Assembly (NCBI GenBank): GCA_035402985.1
Contig: DAONEH010000004.1
Location: 1-55,717 of the forward strand
Source of the DNA: a bacterium
GTDB taxonomy: Bacteria; Patescibacteriota; Patescibacteriia; Patescibacteriales; UBA12465
Length of the DNA stretch: 55,717 nucleotides
Direction of reading: 5' to 3'
Made by a program: the position numbers and the translations under genes. Below are positions 37,635-46,618 of the stretch, piece by piece; position 1 is the stretch's first letter; every line of letters starts with the position of its first letter. Under the pieces are notes generated by a model. It made no database searches, had not been told where the DNA came from, and was given only the letters and a program-made list of their open reading frames with translations.

Positions 37635-38123
37635 TTAGTGAATTAGTTTTAATTTAATTTTTCCGCTAATATCATCCCAAATAGCAAAACTTGGTTTTTG
37701 AAAGACACCACCTAGAGTTCCGGGATTAATTAAGATAGCTTTATTTTTCATGGATTGCCAAGGTTTATGAGTATGGCCGTAGAAAATAAAATCAATATTT
37801 TTTTCTTGATTTAATATATCTTTAATAAAAGCTGGTTCATGACATAAACCAGCTTTAAAATTGCCTAATTGACAAATACCAAATCTATTTAAATAATTTA
37901 TATTTTTATATTTTTTTAAATCTGATTCTAAATAAATTTCAGCATTACCTTTTATTAAATAAATTTCTTGATTAAAAGTAGTAGCTAATTTTTTTAAAGT
38001 TTCACTATTAGTTACATCACCGCAACAAATTATTTTATTAATATCTTCCGTGGCTATCATTTTAAAAAAAATATCAAGCGTAGCTAAATTATCATGAAGG
38101 TCAGAAATTATTGCTACTTTCAT
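37635..38123 (-). CDS. YfcE/MJ0936-type metallophosphoesterase
   Basis: Motifs ISDLHDN, CGDV, KGNAE, YGHTH. 162 aa. Confidence 0.8.
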   Translation of the reverse strand: MKVAIISDLHDNLATLDIFFKMIATEDINKIICCGDVTNSETLKKLATTFNQEIYLIKGNAEIYLESDLKKYKNINYLNRFGICQLGNFKAGLCHEPAFIKDILNQEKNIDFIFYGHTHKPWQSMKNKAILINPGTLGGVFQKPSFAIWDDISGKIKLKLIH

Positions 38124-38692
38124 AATTGTTTTAAACTAATTTCGTAATCAATTTGTTCAATCTTTTTTAAATTTCCTCGAGCTTGATCATATTTAGTTCG
38201 TAGATAACCGGTAATATCAAAATCTATTAATTCATTTAAAACATCATTTATAGCATTTTTTATTGGTTTAATTTCACTTAAGTTTTTATCAATAATTTCA
38301 TTAACGGCTTTGCGGACTAATTCTCCAGTAAAATCACATAAACCACCAATATATGATTCAATAGGGAGATTTACTTCTTTTATTTTTTCTATTTTTCCAG
38401 TACTAACAAAATTAAAAAATAATTTAGCTTCAGTATATTCTTCTAGTCCGGCCATAAAAGCACCTTCTTCTTCAGCTCGTTCCGCTTTAAAATTTTTTAC
38501 TATTTGATTTATCATCTTTTCATTTTCATTCAATTTCAAGTTAGCTAGTTCTAAGTCTTTTCGATGAATAGCAAAAATTGCTTTTTTAGAATTATTTAAA
38601 ATAATATTAGATAAACTAATTATTTGCCGACGATCATTATTTTTTTTTAAATAATCTTTTTTTAAAGAGTCAATAAATTTTTTGTTTACCAT
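38120..38692 (-). CDS. Translin-family protein
   Basis: The C-terminal half, ESYIGGLCDFTGELVRKAVNE...LRTKYDQARGNLKKIEQIDYEISL, parallels human translin EDYLSGVLILASELSRL...LRKRYDGLKYDVKKVEEVVYDLSI. Overlaps the phosphoesterase gene by 4 nt. Confidence 0.65.
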   Translation of the reverse strand: MVNKKFIDSLKKDYLKKNNDRRQIISLSNIILNNSKKAIFAIHRKDLELANLKLNENEKMINQIVKNFKAERAEEEGAFMAGLEEYTEAKLFFNFVSTGKIEKIKEVNLPIESYIGGLCDFTGELVRKAVNEIIDKNLSEIKPIKNAINDVLNELIDFDITGYLRTKYDQARGNLKKIEQIDYEISLKQL

Positions 38693-38712
38693 ATGTTGTT
38701 TTATTTATTAGT

Positions 38713-41700
38713 TTATTTAGTAGTACGAAATACTTCTTCAATACTAGTTAATCCGGCTAAAGCTTTTAAAATTCCATCTTGGAGCATAGTGATCATACCA
38801 TTGTCTACAGCTATTTTTTCTATTTCTTGATCACTTATATCTTTATTCATAATAGCTTCAGAAATAGCTTTATTCATTTCTAAAATTTCATATAATCCTA
38901 TTTGTCCTTTATATCCAATATTATTACATTCCGGACAACCTTTGCTACGATAGAATTTTAATTCTTCGGGCATAGTAAATTTTGGATTCTTTATCATTTT
39001 TAAAGATTCTTTTACTTTATTTAAAGAATCGTCATCTAAAACAACCTCTTCTTTTTCACAATATGGACATAATTTTCTAACTAATCTTTGTCCAATAGCA
39101 CATTCTAAAGTATTAGCTAAGATTTGTCGTTCGATACTTAATCCCATAAAACGAGAAACAGCTCCCGCCGCACTATTGGTATGAATGGTTGATAAAACTA
39201 AATGACCAGTAGCGGCAGCTTCTAAAGAAATTTTAGCAGTTTCATTATCTCTTATTTCTCCAATCATTAAAATATTAGGATTTTGTCTAAGAAGTGATCT
39301 CATCGCTGAAGCAAAAGTATAGCCAGCGTCATTATCAATTTGAGTTTGAATAACTCCGTCCATTTGATATTCAATAGGATCTTCTACAGTAATTATCTTA
39401 CTATTAGGATTATTAAGCTTTTTTAAAATACTGTATAAAGTAGTGGTTTTACCACTACCAGTTGGACCAGTAGTTAAAATAATTCCCTTAGTTTTTTGAA
39501 TAGCTTTTTTTATTACTGGTAAAGCGTATTGAGAAAAACCTAAATTGGTTAAGTTTAAACTTTTTCCTTCATCACTTAATAATCTAATAACAATAGTTTC
39601 ACCATAACCACCAGAAATAATGGAAACTCGACAATCTAGTTTATTATTATCAGGTAAATCTATTGAAAAACGTCCATCCATGGTAGCTACTTTAACATTA
39701 GTCGCAAAACCAGAAAGTATTTTTATTTCTCCAAGTAATGGTAAAAAAGAATTAGTTGGTAAATCTAAAATATCATGTAAGAAACCATCAACTCGAAAAC
39801 GAATTTTAACATTTTTATCATTTGGTTCAATATGAATATCACCTGCATTTAATTCGATAGCTAAAGCTAAAATATTAGAGATTAAATCTTTAGCTGGAAT
39901 TTGTTTTAATTTTTCAGCCATTTGAGGTAAATCTTTTAACATTTCTTTAGCTTCTAACATTTTAGTTTTTTCTATTTTTATACCTCGACTAATAGTTTGT
40001 GATAGAGCAACATTATATAATTCATCAATATAATCAAAATTTCCAATAACTCGATAAATTTCTTCTAAACTGGTTTGACCATCAGCTGCTTTTAAAACTC
40101 CATCTTGAAGCATGGTAACCATACCATTTTCAATGGCTTGTTTTAATATTTTAAAAGATGGAGCATTATCCATGGTTAATTGTTTAATAGCATCATTCAT
40201 AGTAAAAATTTCATAAATACCAATTCTTCCTTTATAACCGATACCATTACAATCGTTACAGCCAGGACCGACTTGATAGAAGTCTGGTAAAGTACTAGGA
40301 ATAATGATATCAGCTTTAGATGAAATAACAGCTAATATCTTTTTTACAAGTAATTCATCTTCAGTATTTAATTTATGAATTTGTTTACATTTAGGACATA
40401 ATTTTCTAACTAATCTTTGACCAACAACAGCATTAACTGAAGGTAATAGTAAGTATGGTTTTATACCCATATCAGTTAAACGTGGAATAACACCAGAAGC
40501 ATCATTGGTATGAAGGGTAGATAAGACTAAATGACCAGTTAAACTAGCCTGGATAGCTATTTCGGCTGTTTCTAGGTCTCTAATTTCACCAACCATCACA
40601 ATATCAGGATCTTGACGTAAAATTGATCTTAAACCAGAAGCAAAAGTATAACCTTTTTTAGCATCAATTTGACTTTGATTAATTCCAGTTAATTGATATT
40701 CAATCGGGTCTTCTAAAGTAATTATTTTAGTTCCAGGTTGATTTAATTGATTTAAAATAGCATAAAGAGTAGTGGTTTTACCACTACCAGTTGGACCAGT
40801 AGTTAATACTAAGCCATTTGGTTTTTCAATTTCTTTTTTTAATATTTTATAGGCTTGCGGACTTAAACCTAAATCATCAAAAGATAATCCCACCGAACTA
40901 GATTTTAATAGTCGCATTACAACGCTTTCACCAAAAGCAGTTGGTAAAAAAGAAGCACGAACATCAATATGATCATTTTTTAGAAAAACGGAAAAACGAC
41001 CATCTTGAGGTTTGTCATCAATATTTATTTTTACCCCAGCTAAGATTTTCATACGAGAAACTATTTTTTTCCATTTATCTTTTTCAATTGTAGCGGCTTC
41101 TTGTAAAACGCCATCAATTCTTAATCGAATAACAATATTATTAGATTCAGCTTCAATATGAATATCGCTAGAGTTAGTTTTTAAAGCAGTAGCTAATAAC
41201 AGAGTAACAATATCTGATATACTTACCTTACTTATTTTATCATTTAAACTTTTGTAATTAGTAATAACATTTTTAAATTTATCTAAATCTTCTTCGGTTA
41301 TTTCTACTCCTTTAATATTTTCTTTTACTTTAGGAATTATTTTATAGACATTTAAAGCAGACTCTAAACTATTTTTTGAAATTAAAAATAGACTACTAGT
41401 AGTAAAATAAGTTTTATTAAGTTCATCAATTATTGATTGAATTTTTTTATTATCAGGATTAGTAGTTCCTAATTTAATTTTATCGCCATCATAAAAAAAA
41501 CAAACTAATTTTTCCTTAATAGCTATATTTTCTGGTATAAGCAATATCGCTTCATGATCTATTGGAAAGCCAAATAGATCAACATAAGACAAACCCAGTT
41601 TCTGGGCTTGAATTTGAGTTTGTTTCTCAATATCTTTATTTTTTATTTCCTGTTGTTTTTTTAATAATTTATCTTGAGTACTATCATTTTTATTGTTTTT

Positions 41701-41733
41701 AAACAAACTGGAAATTGAATCAAATCCACTCAT
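38713..41733 (-). CDS. Tandem-duplicated GspE/PilB-type secretion/pilus assembly ATPase (two complete ATPase modules in one polypeptide)
   Basis: T2SSE_N-like N-terminus. Module 1: GLVLTTGPTGSGKTTTLYA, IVMVGEIRD, LVLSTLHTND, CPKC..CNDCNGIGYKGR. Module 2: GIILTTGPTGSGKTTTLYS, ILMIGEIRD, LVLSTIHTNS, CPYC..CPECNNIGYKGQ. The module boundary is near nt 40040. Confidence 0.85.
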   Translation of the reverse strand: MSGFDSISSLFKNNKNDSTQDKLLKKQQEIKNKDIEKQTQIQAQKLGLSYVDLFGFPIDHEAILLIPENIAIKEKLVCFFYDGDKIKLGTTNPDNKKIQSIIDELNKTYFTTSSLFLISKNSLESALNVYKIIPKVKENIKGVEITEEDLDKFKNVITNYKSLNDKISKVSISDIVTLLLATALKTNSSDIHIEAESNNIVIRLRIDGVLQEAATIEKDKWKKIVSRMKILAGVKINIDDKPQDGRFSVFLKNDHIDVRASFLPTAFGESVVMRLLKSSSVGLSFDDLGLSPQAYKILKKEIEKPNGLVLTTGPTGSGKTTTLYAILNQLNQPGTKIITLEDPIEYQLTGINQSQIDAKKGYTFASGLRSILRQDPDIVMVGEIRDLETAEIAIQASLTGHLVLSTLHTNDASGVIPRLTDMGIKPYLLLPSVNAVVGQRLVRKLCPKCKQIHKLNTEDELLVKKILAVISSKADIIIPSTLPDFYQVGPGCNDCNGIGYKGRIGIYEIFTMNDAIKQLTMDNAPSFKILKQAIENGMVTMLQDGVLKAADGQTSLEEIYRVIGNFDYIDELYNVALSQTISRGIKIEKTKMLEAKEMLKDLPQMAEKLKQIPAKDLISNILALAIELNAGDIHIEPNDKNVKIRFRVDGFLHDILDLPTNSFLPLLGEIKILSGFATNVKVATMDGRFSIDLPDNNKLDCRVSIISGGYGETIVIRLLSDEGKSLNLTNLGFSQYALPVIKKAIQKTKGIILTTGPTGSGKTTTLYSILKKLNNPNSKIITVEDPIEYQMDGVIQTQIDNDAGYTFASAMRSLLRQNPNILMIGEIRDNETAKISLEAAATGHLVLSTIHTNSAAGAVSRFMGLSIERQILANTLECAIGQRLVRKLCPYCEKEEVVLDDDSLNKVKESLKMIKNPKFTMPEELKFYRSKGCPECNNIGYKGQIGLYEILEMNKAISEAIMNKDISDQEIEKIAVDNGMITMLQDGILKALAGLTSIEEVFRTTK

Positions 41734-41737
41734 AAAT

Positions 41738-42736
41738 TTATTTTAATTCTGTATCTTGAAAAATTCTTTCTATTTTACTAGCTTCTTTTTTGTCTCTAAG
41801 AGAAATAAATAAATTAGTCCAAGAACTTATTTGGAAAGTATTTAATAAAGCTCCGCTTAATACAGTTAGAGCTATTAAAATTAAAGCTCCAATTATCATA
41901 ACTGTCCAAAATAGGAATAGGGAAGAAGTCATTAAAACTAAAGCAAAAGCTAGACTGAAAAGTAAATAGAATAGGACAAAAGAAACAAATGATAATAAAA
42001 TAATAGCTAGAATATTTATTAAAAATAATATTATAGACATTTCAATACTAATTAACCAATTATTTTTAAACAACCTAAAACCTTGTTTTATAGAGTTAAA
42101 GAATTTTTTATTTTCAATAATAGAATAAGCAATAGCATATTTTAAGACAAAAGAAAAAACAAGTGATAGTGGTACCGCTACTATATAGACTAAACCAAAA
42201 ACTAAAGCTAAAACGGCCTGGCTTTTAAAAACTACTGAAACTAATAATAAACTAGTTAGTAAATAAATGATATTTATAACTAAAGAGATAATTATATTCA
42301 TAGCAAATATTGGCCAAAATTTTTTATTACCAGTTTTAATACCATTTTTTATATTTAATTTTTCTCGACTATTTTTTGATATTTTATTAATTGAATTAAT
42401 CATTCCAATTTGTGAAACAGTAGCTAACCAGGCAAAAAAAGCTACTAAACCTAAGATTAGAAGAATAATTAATAATAATAATAGAATAGTAGAAGTATCA
42501 GTTTTTAATAAATCTAATATATTTTGCCAAGAATTTTTAGAAAAAATTCCAGTATTTACAAAAGTTTTAATACCACTTAAAAAATTTAAACCAGATTCTT
42601 GATTTAAAGAACGGGAAAATATTTTTAGTTCCACATTAAAACTTATAAAAGCAGCAAAGAATCCGAAAAACCATAAAAATTTATTTTTCCATGACATTCT
42701 CCAAGATTCTTTTAAAATAGCTCGATATGATAGCAT
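41738..42736 (-). CDS. Polytopic membrane protein, function unknown
   Basis: 332 aa with about 6-7 hydrophobic helices. Ends 4 nt upstream of the double ATPase gene start, so an operon is likely. Confidence 0.5.
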   Translation of the reverse strand: MLSYRAILKESWRMSWKNKFLWFFGFFAAFISFNVELKIFSRSLNQESGLNFLSGIKTFVNTGIFSKNSWQNILDLLKTDTSTILLLLLIILLILGLVAFFAWLATVSQIGMINSINKISKNSREKLNIKNGIKTGNKKFWPIFAMNIIISLVINIIYLLTSLLLVSVVFKSQAVLALVFGLVYIVAVPLSLVFSFVLKYAIAYSIIENKKFFNSIKQGFRLFKNNWLISIEMSIILFLINILAIILLSFVSFVLFYLLFSLAFALVLMTSSLFLFWTVMIIGALILIALTVLSGALLNTFQISSWTNLFISLRDKKEASKIERIFQDTELK

Positions 42737-42856
42737 ATTTTTTTAGTTTAATTCTAAATATTATATTTAAATTATACTCAAATTATAGCATATTTAAAAA
42801 AAATGTAAAAGAAAATGTATTTATATATAATATAATATATAAAAAATATATTATAT

Positions 42857-42883
42857 AAAAAAAGGAGCCTTTTTACTGGCTCC
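42857..42883 (-). terminator. Rho-independent terminator (minus strand) after the 173-aa gene
   Basis: On the minus strand: GGAGCC, AGTAAAAA loop, GGCTCC, then TTTTTTT. Confidence 0.7.
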
Positions 42884-42900
42884 ACTTATTAGTTATTGGA

Positions 42901-43422
42901 TTAGTCGTCGGGATATGATCCAAATTGTCCTTGATAAGGGACTAGATCGGTTGACTGATATCTGTCTCTATTATTATCATAATAATCGAGACCTCCAGAC
43001 GTGTTATGACAAAACCCTTTAGAAAATTTTTTTGGAATCATTCTTCTTAAAGAATTTTCTACAAAAAACCTTTTAGCAAAAAATTGATCTCCTTCAATTT
43101 TTACAAGTTTTTCAAAATTTTCCGAGTCTTGTTGTCTGAGAATTTGGCTTATAGCTTCATTAACAGTTTTTCTGCTAGTGTAAACTAATTTAGCCATATC
43201 TTTTTCCGATAACCATTCTCCTAGATCAGTATTAGAAAATTGAATTTCATCAATTAAATTTTCTAATATCACCTCCACTAGTATAGATGGATATAAGTTA
43301 TCTTCTACCAGAAGATGCTTATTAGAAGAAGTGATTCTATTAATCACTCTTTCTATTAAATCCAAATCTGTAGAATGATTTAATAACTTTTTTACTAAAG
43401 AATTACGGTCAATATTTTCCAT
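42901..43422 (-). CDS. Hypothetical protein (173 aa)
   Basis: Clean ORF with its own terminator. No motif recognised. A GC-rich hairpin CCCGT/ACGGG (43432-43448) lies in its 5' leader. Confidence 0.5.
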   Translation of the reverse strand: MENIDRNSLVKKLLNHSTDLDLIERVINRITSSNKHLLVEDNLYPSILVEVILENLIDEIQFSNTDLGEWLSEKDMAKLVYTSRKTVNEAISQILRQQDSENFEKLVKIEGDQFFAKRFFVENSLRRMIPKKFSKGFCHNTSGGLDYYDNNRDRYQSTDLVPYQGQFGSYPDD

Positions 43423-43607
43423 CTAATAATGGCCCCGTTAGCTACGGGACAAGAGGGTTTATGGTTTATGATTTATTTACTATTAATTTGTAAAGTACAT
43501 TTACAAACTGATTTTTTATCATAACATAGTATTAAAATTATGTCAATTAGTTTTTAAATTAAATAAATTAATAAAGAAAATTACAAATTTAAAATTAAGT
43601 GAATAGT

Positions 43608-43636
43608 TTGCCAAAAAGCTATAAATAATATACAAT
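43608..43636 (+). promoter_or_regulatory. Sigma-70-like promoter ahead of tyrS-argS-glyQS
   Basis: TTGCCA (43608-43613), 17-bp spacer, TACAAT (43631-43636). Confidence 0.45.
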
Positions 43637-43700
43637 AATTGTATATAATATAGGAATATCTATAATTTTTTGATTTTTAAATAAAATAAAATATAAAAAT

Positions 43701-44927
43701 ATGAGTAAAATTAACACAGATAGTAAATTAATTGATGAATTATTGTCTCGAAGTGTAGTAGAAATTTTACCATCTAAAGAATTATTAAAAAAAGAATTAA
43801 TGTCTGGGCGCCAATTAAAAATATATATTGGAGCTGATCCAACTGGTACCGCCCTACATTTAGGTCATGCTACTAATTATATAATTTTAGAAAAGCTTAG
43901 AAAAATGGGTCATAAAATTATTGTTTTGTTTGGTGATTTTACAGCTCGAATTGGTGACCCTACTGATAAATTAGCTGTTAGAACTCAATTAACCGAAGAA
44001 GAAGTCAAAAAAAATACTGCTACTTGGATTAGACAATTATTGCCTATTATTAATTTTAATGATCGAGAAAATCCAGTTGAAGTTGTCTATAATAGTGATT
44101 GGTTGTCAAAAATGACTTTTGAAGAAGTGTTAAATTTAGCTTCAAATTTTACAGTTCAACGAATGTTAGAAAGAGATATGTTTGAAAAAAGATTAAAAGA
44201 AGAAAAACCAATTTATGTTCATGAATTTTTTTATCCTTTGATGCAAGGTTATGATAGTGTTCATTTAGATGTTGACGTGGAAATGTGTGGTAATGATCAA
44301 AAATTTAATGCTCTATGTGGACGAACCCTTTTACAACGTTATAAAAATAAAGAAAAATTTGTTTTTATCACCACGCTATTAGAGAATCCAATAACCAAAG
44401 AGAAAATGATGTCTAAAAGTTTGGGTACAGGTGTTTTTTTAGACTCTAATAATATTGATATGTATGGCAAAATAATGACTCAAGCTGATGAAAATATTAT
44501 TCAATTATTTACTGATTGTACTTTTGTTAGTTTAGAAGAAATTGAACAAATGAAACAAAATTTAAAAAATAATACAGCTAATCCTCGAGATTTAAAAATG
44601 AAATTAGCCTATGATATAGTTAAAATTTTTCATGGTAAAGATTTAGCTCGTTCGGCTCAAGATTATTTTGTTAATACTTTTCAAAAAAAAGAAATTCCGG
44701 CTGAAATATTGGAAATTGAATTACCGGCTGGTAATAAAAAAATTGTTGATTTGTTAATAATTAGTAAATTAGCTGATAGTAAAGGAGAAGCTCGTCGTTT
44801 AATCGAACAGGGTGGTATAAAAATAAATGAACAAGTAATTACTGATGTTAATTTAGAAATAGAAGTAGTTAATGGTTTAATTATTAAGCGAGGTAAAAGA
44901 CAATTTGTTAAAATAAAAGTGGTTTAA
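43701..44927 (+). CDS. tyrS: Tyrosyl-tRNA synthetase
   Basis: HIGH-type motif (ALHLGHATN), KMSKS (KMMSKSLG), and a C-terminal S4 domain (GEARRLIEQGGIKINEQ). Confidence 0.85.
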   Translation: MSKINTDSKLIDELLSRSVVEILPSKELLKKELMSGRQLKIYIGADPTGTALHLGHATNYIILEKLRKMGHKIIVLFGDFTARIGDPTDKLAVRTQLTEEEVKKNTATWIRQLLPIINFNDRENPVEVVYNSDWLSKMTFEEVLNLASNFTVQRMLERDMFEKRLKEEKPIYVHEFFYPLMQGYDSVHLDVDVEMCGNDQKFNALCGRTLLQRYKNKEKFVFITTLLENPITKEKMMSKSLGTGVFLDSNNIDMYGKIMTQADENIIQLFTDCTFVSLEEIEQMKQNLKNNTANPRDLKMKLAYDIVKIFHGKDLARSAQDYFVNTFQKKEIPAEILEIELPAGNKKIVDLLIISKLADSKGEARRLIEQGGIKINEQVITDVNLEIEVVNGLIIKRGKRQFVKIKVV

Positions 44928-44932
44928 TAATT

Positions 44933-46600
44933 ATGTGTCTTCAAGAAATAAAAAAAATAATAGCTCAAAAATTAGATATTGATTCTCAGTCTTTAATTTA
45001 TCCTCAAAATCATGCTTGGGGTGATTTTTCGTTACCAATTTTTAAATTAGCTAAAGAAAATAATTTATCACCTGATCTTATAACTAAAAAATTACAGGAT
45101 AAAATTTTATCAGATAAAGAATTATCTTCAATATTATTAAAAACAGAAATTGTTGGAGCTTATTTAAATTTTTTTCTTAAACCAGATTATCTAGCTAATA
45201 AAATTTTAACTGATGTTTTAAAATATAAAGATAAATATGGTTGGAATAATCTGGGACAAAAGAAAGTAACTGTGTTTGAATTTTCTAATGTTAATACTCA
45301 TAAAGATTTTCATATTGGTCATTTAAGAAATATTTGTTTTGGTGAGGCTATGGTTAATATTTTTAAAGCTAATGGTTTTTGTTCTTATCCTGTTTCCTAT
45401 ATTAATGATTTTGGTATTCATACCGCTAAAGCTATTTGGTCATATAAAAGATTATATAGCAAAGATTTAAATAAGTGTTATGCTGAAACTGTCAAGCAAA
45501 TGAATGATAATCCTAAAATAGCGGAGGAAGTTAGTTTGATTATGGCTGATATTGAAAAACATCAAGGTAAAAATTATTATTTATGGAAAAAAACTAGAAG
45601 TATAAGTCTAAAAGAATTTAATGAAGTCTATAAAAAAAATAATATAAAATTTAAAAAAACATATTTTGAAAGTCAAGTTATAAATAAAGGATTTAAAATT
45701 GTAAAAAAATTAATTGATGATAATATTTTAGTAAAAAGCCAAGGAGCTATTATTGCTGATCTAGAAATATATCAATTAGGAGTTTTACCAATTATTAGAC
45801 AAGATGGTACGGCTCTTTATCCGGTAGCTGATTTAGCTTTAGCGGAAGCTAAAGAACTTAATTTTAAGGGTTTAAGAGATTCATATATTGTCGTTGATAT
45901 TCGTCAAAGTTTGTATTTTAAACAATTAGCTAAAATTTTATCATTAGCTGGTTATCAACAAAAAATAAATCATTTACCTTATGAGTTTATAACCTTACCC
46001 GATGGAATGATGTCGTCTCGTTTAGGTAATGCTATTTCATATTTTTCTTTATATGAAAAAATTAAAGATTGTTTAATAATTGAGACTAAAAAAAGACATG
46101 AGAATTGGAGTGATAAAAAAATAGAAAAAAATTGTCAAAGTTTAGCTGTAGCTATACTTAAATTTGAAATGTTAAAAGTTTCACCCGCTAAGATTATTAC
46201 TTTTGATATTAATGAAGCTGTTAAATTTGATGGTTTTAATGCTCTATATATCCTATACGGTTTAGTTAGAATAAAAAGTCTATTAAAAAAAGCTAAATTT
46301 AAAAATAATAATAAATTCAACGGTAAGTTTTTAGATACTAAAATAGAACAAGATTTAATTTTTCATTTAGCTAAGTATCCAGAAGTGATAATAAGGTCAC
46401 AACAACAATATGATCAAAGTGAAATAGTTAAATATTTATTTGAACTTTTTCAGATGTTTAATGATTATTATCAACAAGTAAAAATATTATCAGGTGATCC
46501 TAAAGTTTTAGATACTCGGTTAAACTTTATTTACTCTTTATCTCTGGTAGCTATAAATGCTTTAAATCTTTTAGGTATTAAACCATTAAATGAAATTTAA
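44933..46600 (+). CDS. argS: Arginyl-tRNA synthetase
   Basis: FHIGHLRN (HIGH), MSSRLGN (KMSKS position), and a C-terminal anticodon-binding DALR-like region. 555 aa. Confidence 0.8.
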   Translation: MCLQEIKKIIAQKLDIDSQSLIYPQNHAWGDFSLPIFKLAKENNLSPDLITKKLQDKILSDKELSSILLKTEIVGAYLNFFLKPDYLANKILTDVLKYKDKYGWNNLGQKKVTVFEFSNVNTHKDFHIGHLRNICFGEAMVNIFKANGFCSYPVSYINDFGIHTAKAIWSYKRLYSKDLNKCYAETVKQMNDNPKIAEEVSLIMADIEKHQGKNYYLWKKTRSISLKEFNEVYKKNNIKFKKTYFESQVINKGFKIVKKLIDDNILVKSQGAIIADLEIYQLGVLPIIRQDGTALYPVADLALAEAKELNFKGLRDSYIVVDIRQSLYFKQLAKILSLAGYQQKINHLPYEFITLPDGMMSSRLGNAISYFSLYEKIKDCLIIETKKRHENWSDKKIEKNCQSLAVAILKFEMLKVSPAKIITFDINEAVKFDGFNALYILYGLVRIKSLLKKAKFKNNNKFNGKFLDTKIEQDLIFHLAKYPEVIIRSQQQYDQSEIVKYLFELFQMFNDYYQQVKILSGDPKVLDTRLNFIYSLSLVAINALNLLGIKPLNEI

Positions 46601-46618
46601 AAAAATTAAAATAATAAT

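Noticed and set aside
42267-42602. Plus-strand ORFs opposite the minus-strand block (42267-42602, 39620-39835, 38310-38507).
   Set aside because: They lie antisense to well-supported genes (membrane protein, PilB-like ATPase, translin-like). No promoter or independent signal is present.
43423-43700. T-box riboswitch upstream of tyrS.
   Set aside because: There is no T-box consensus (the AAnnGGGTGGTACCGCG-like box), specifier-loop architecture or terminator/antiterminator pair. I saw only an 8-bp inverted repeat, TTTGTAAA-N5-TTTACAAA (around 43484-43504), and a promoter-like TTGCCA-17-TACAAT.
37626-43700. The strand-switch block (minus-strand genes 37635-43422) as a replication landmark or recent inversion.
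   Set aside because: No dnaA, DnaA-box cluster, dif-like site or flanking inverted repeats could be identified. Strand switches alone are not evidence.
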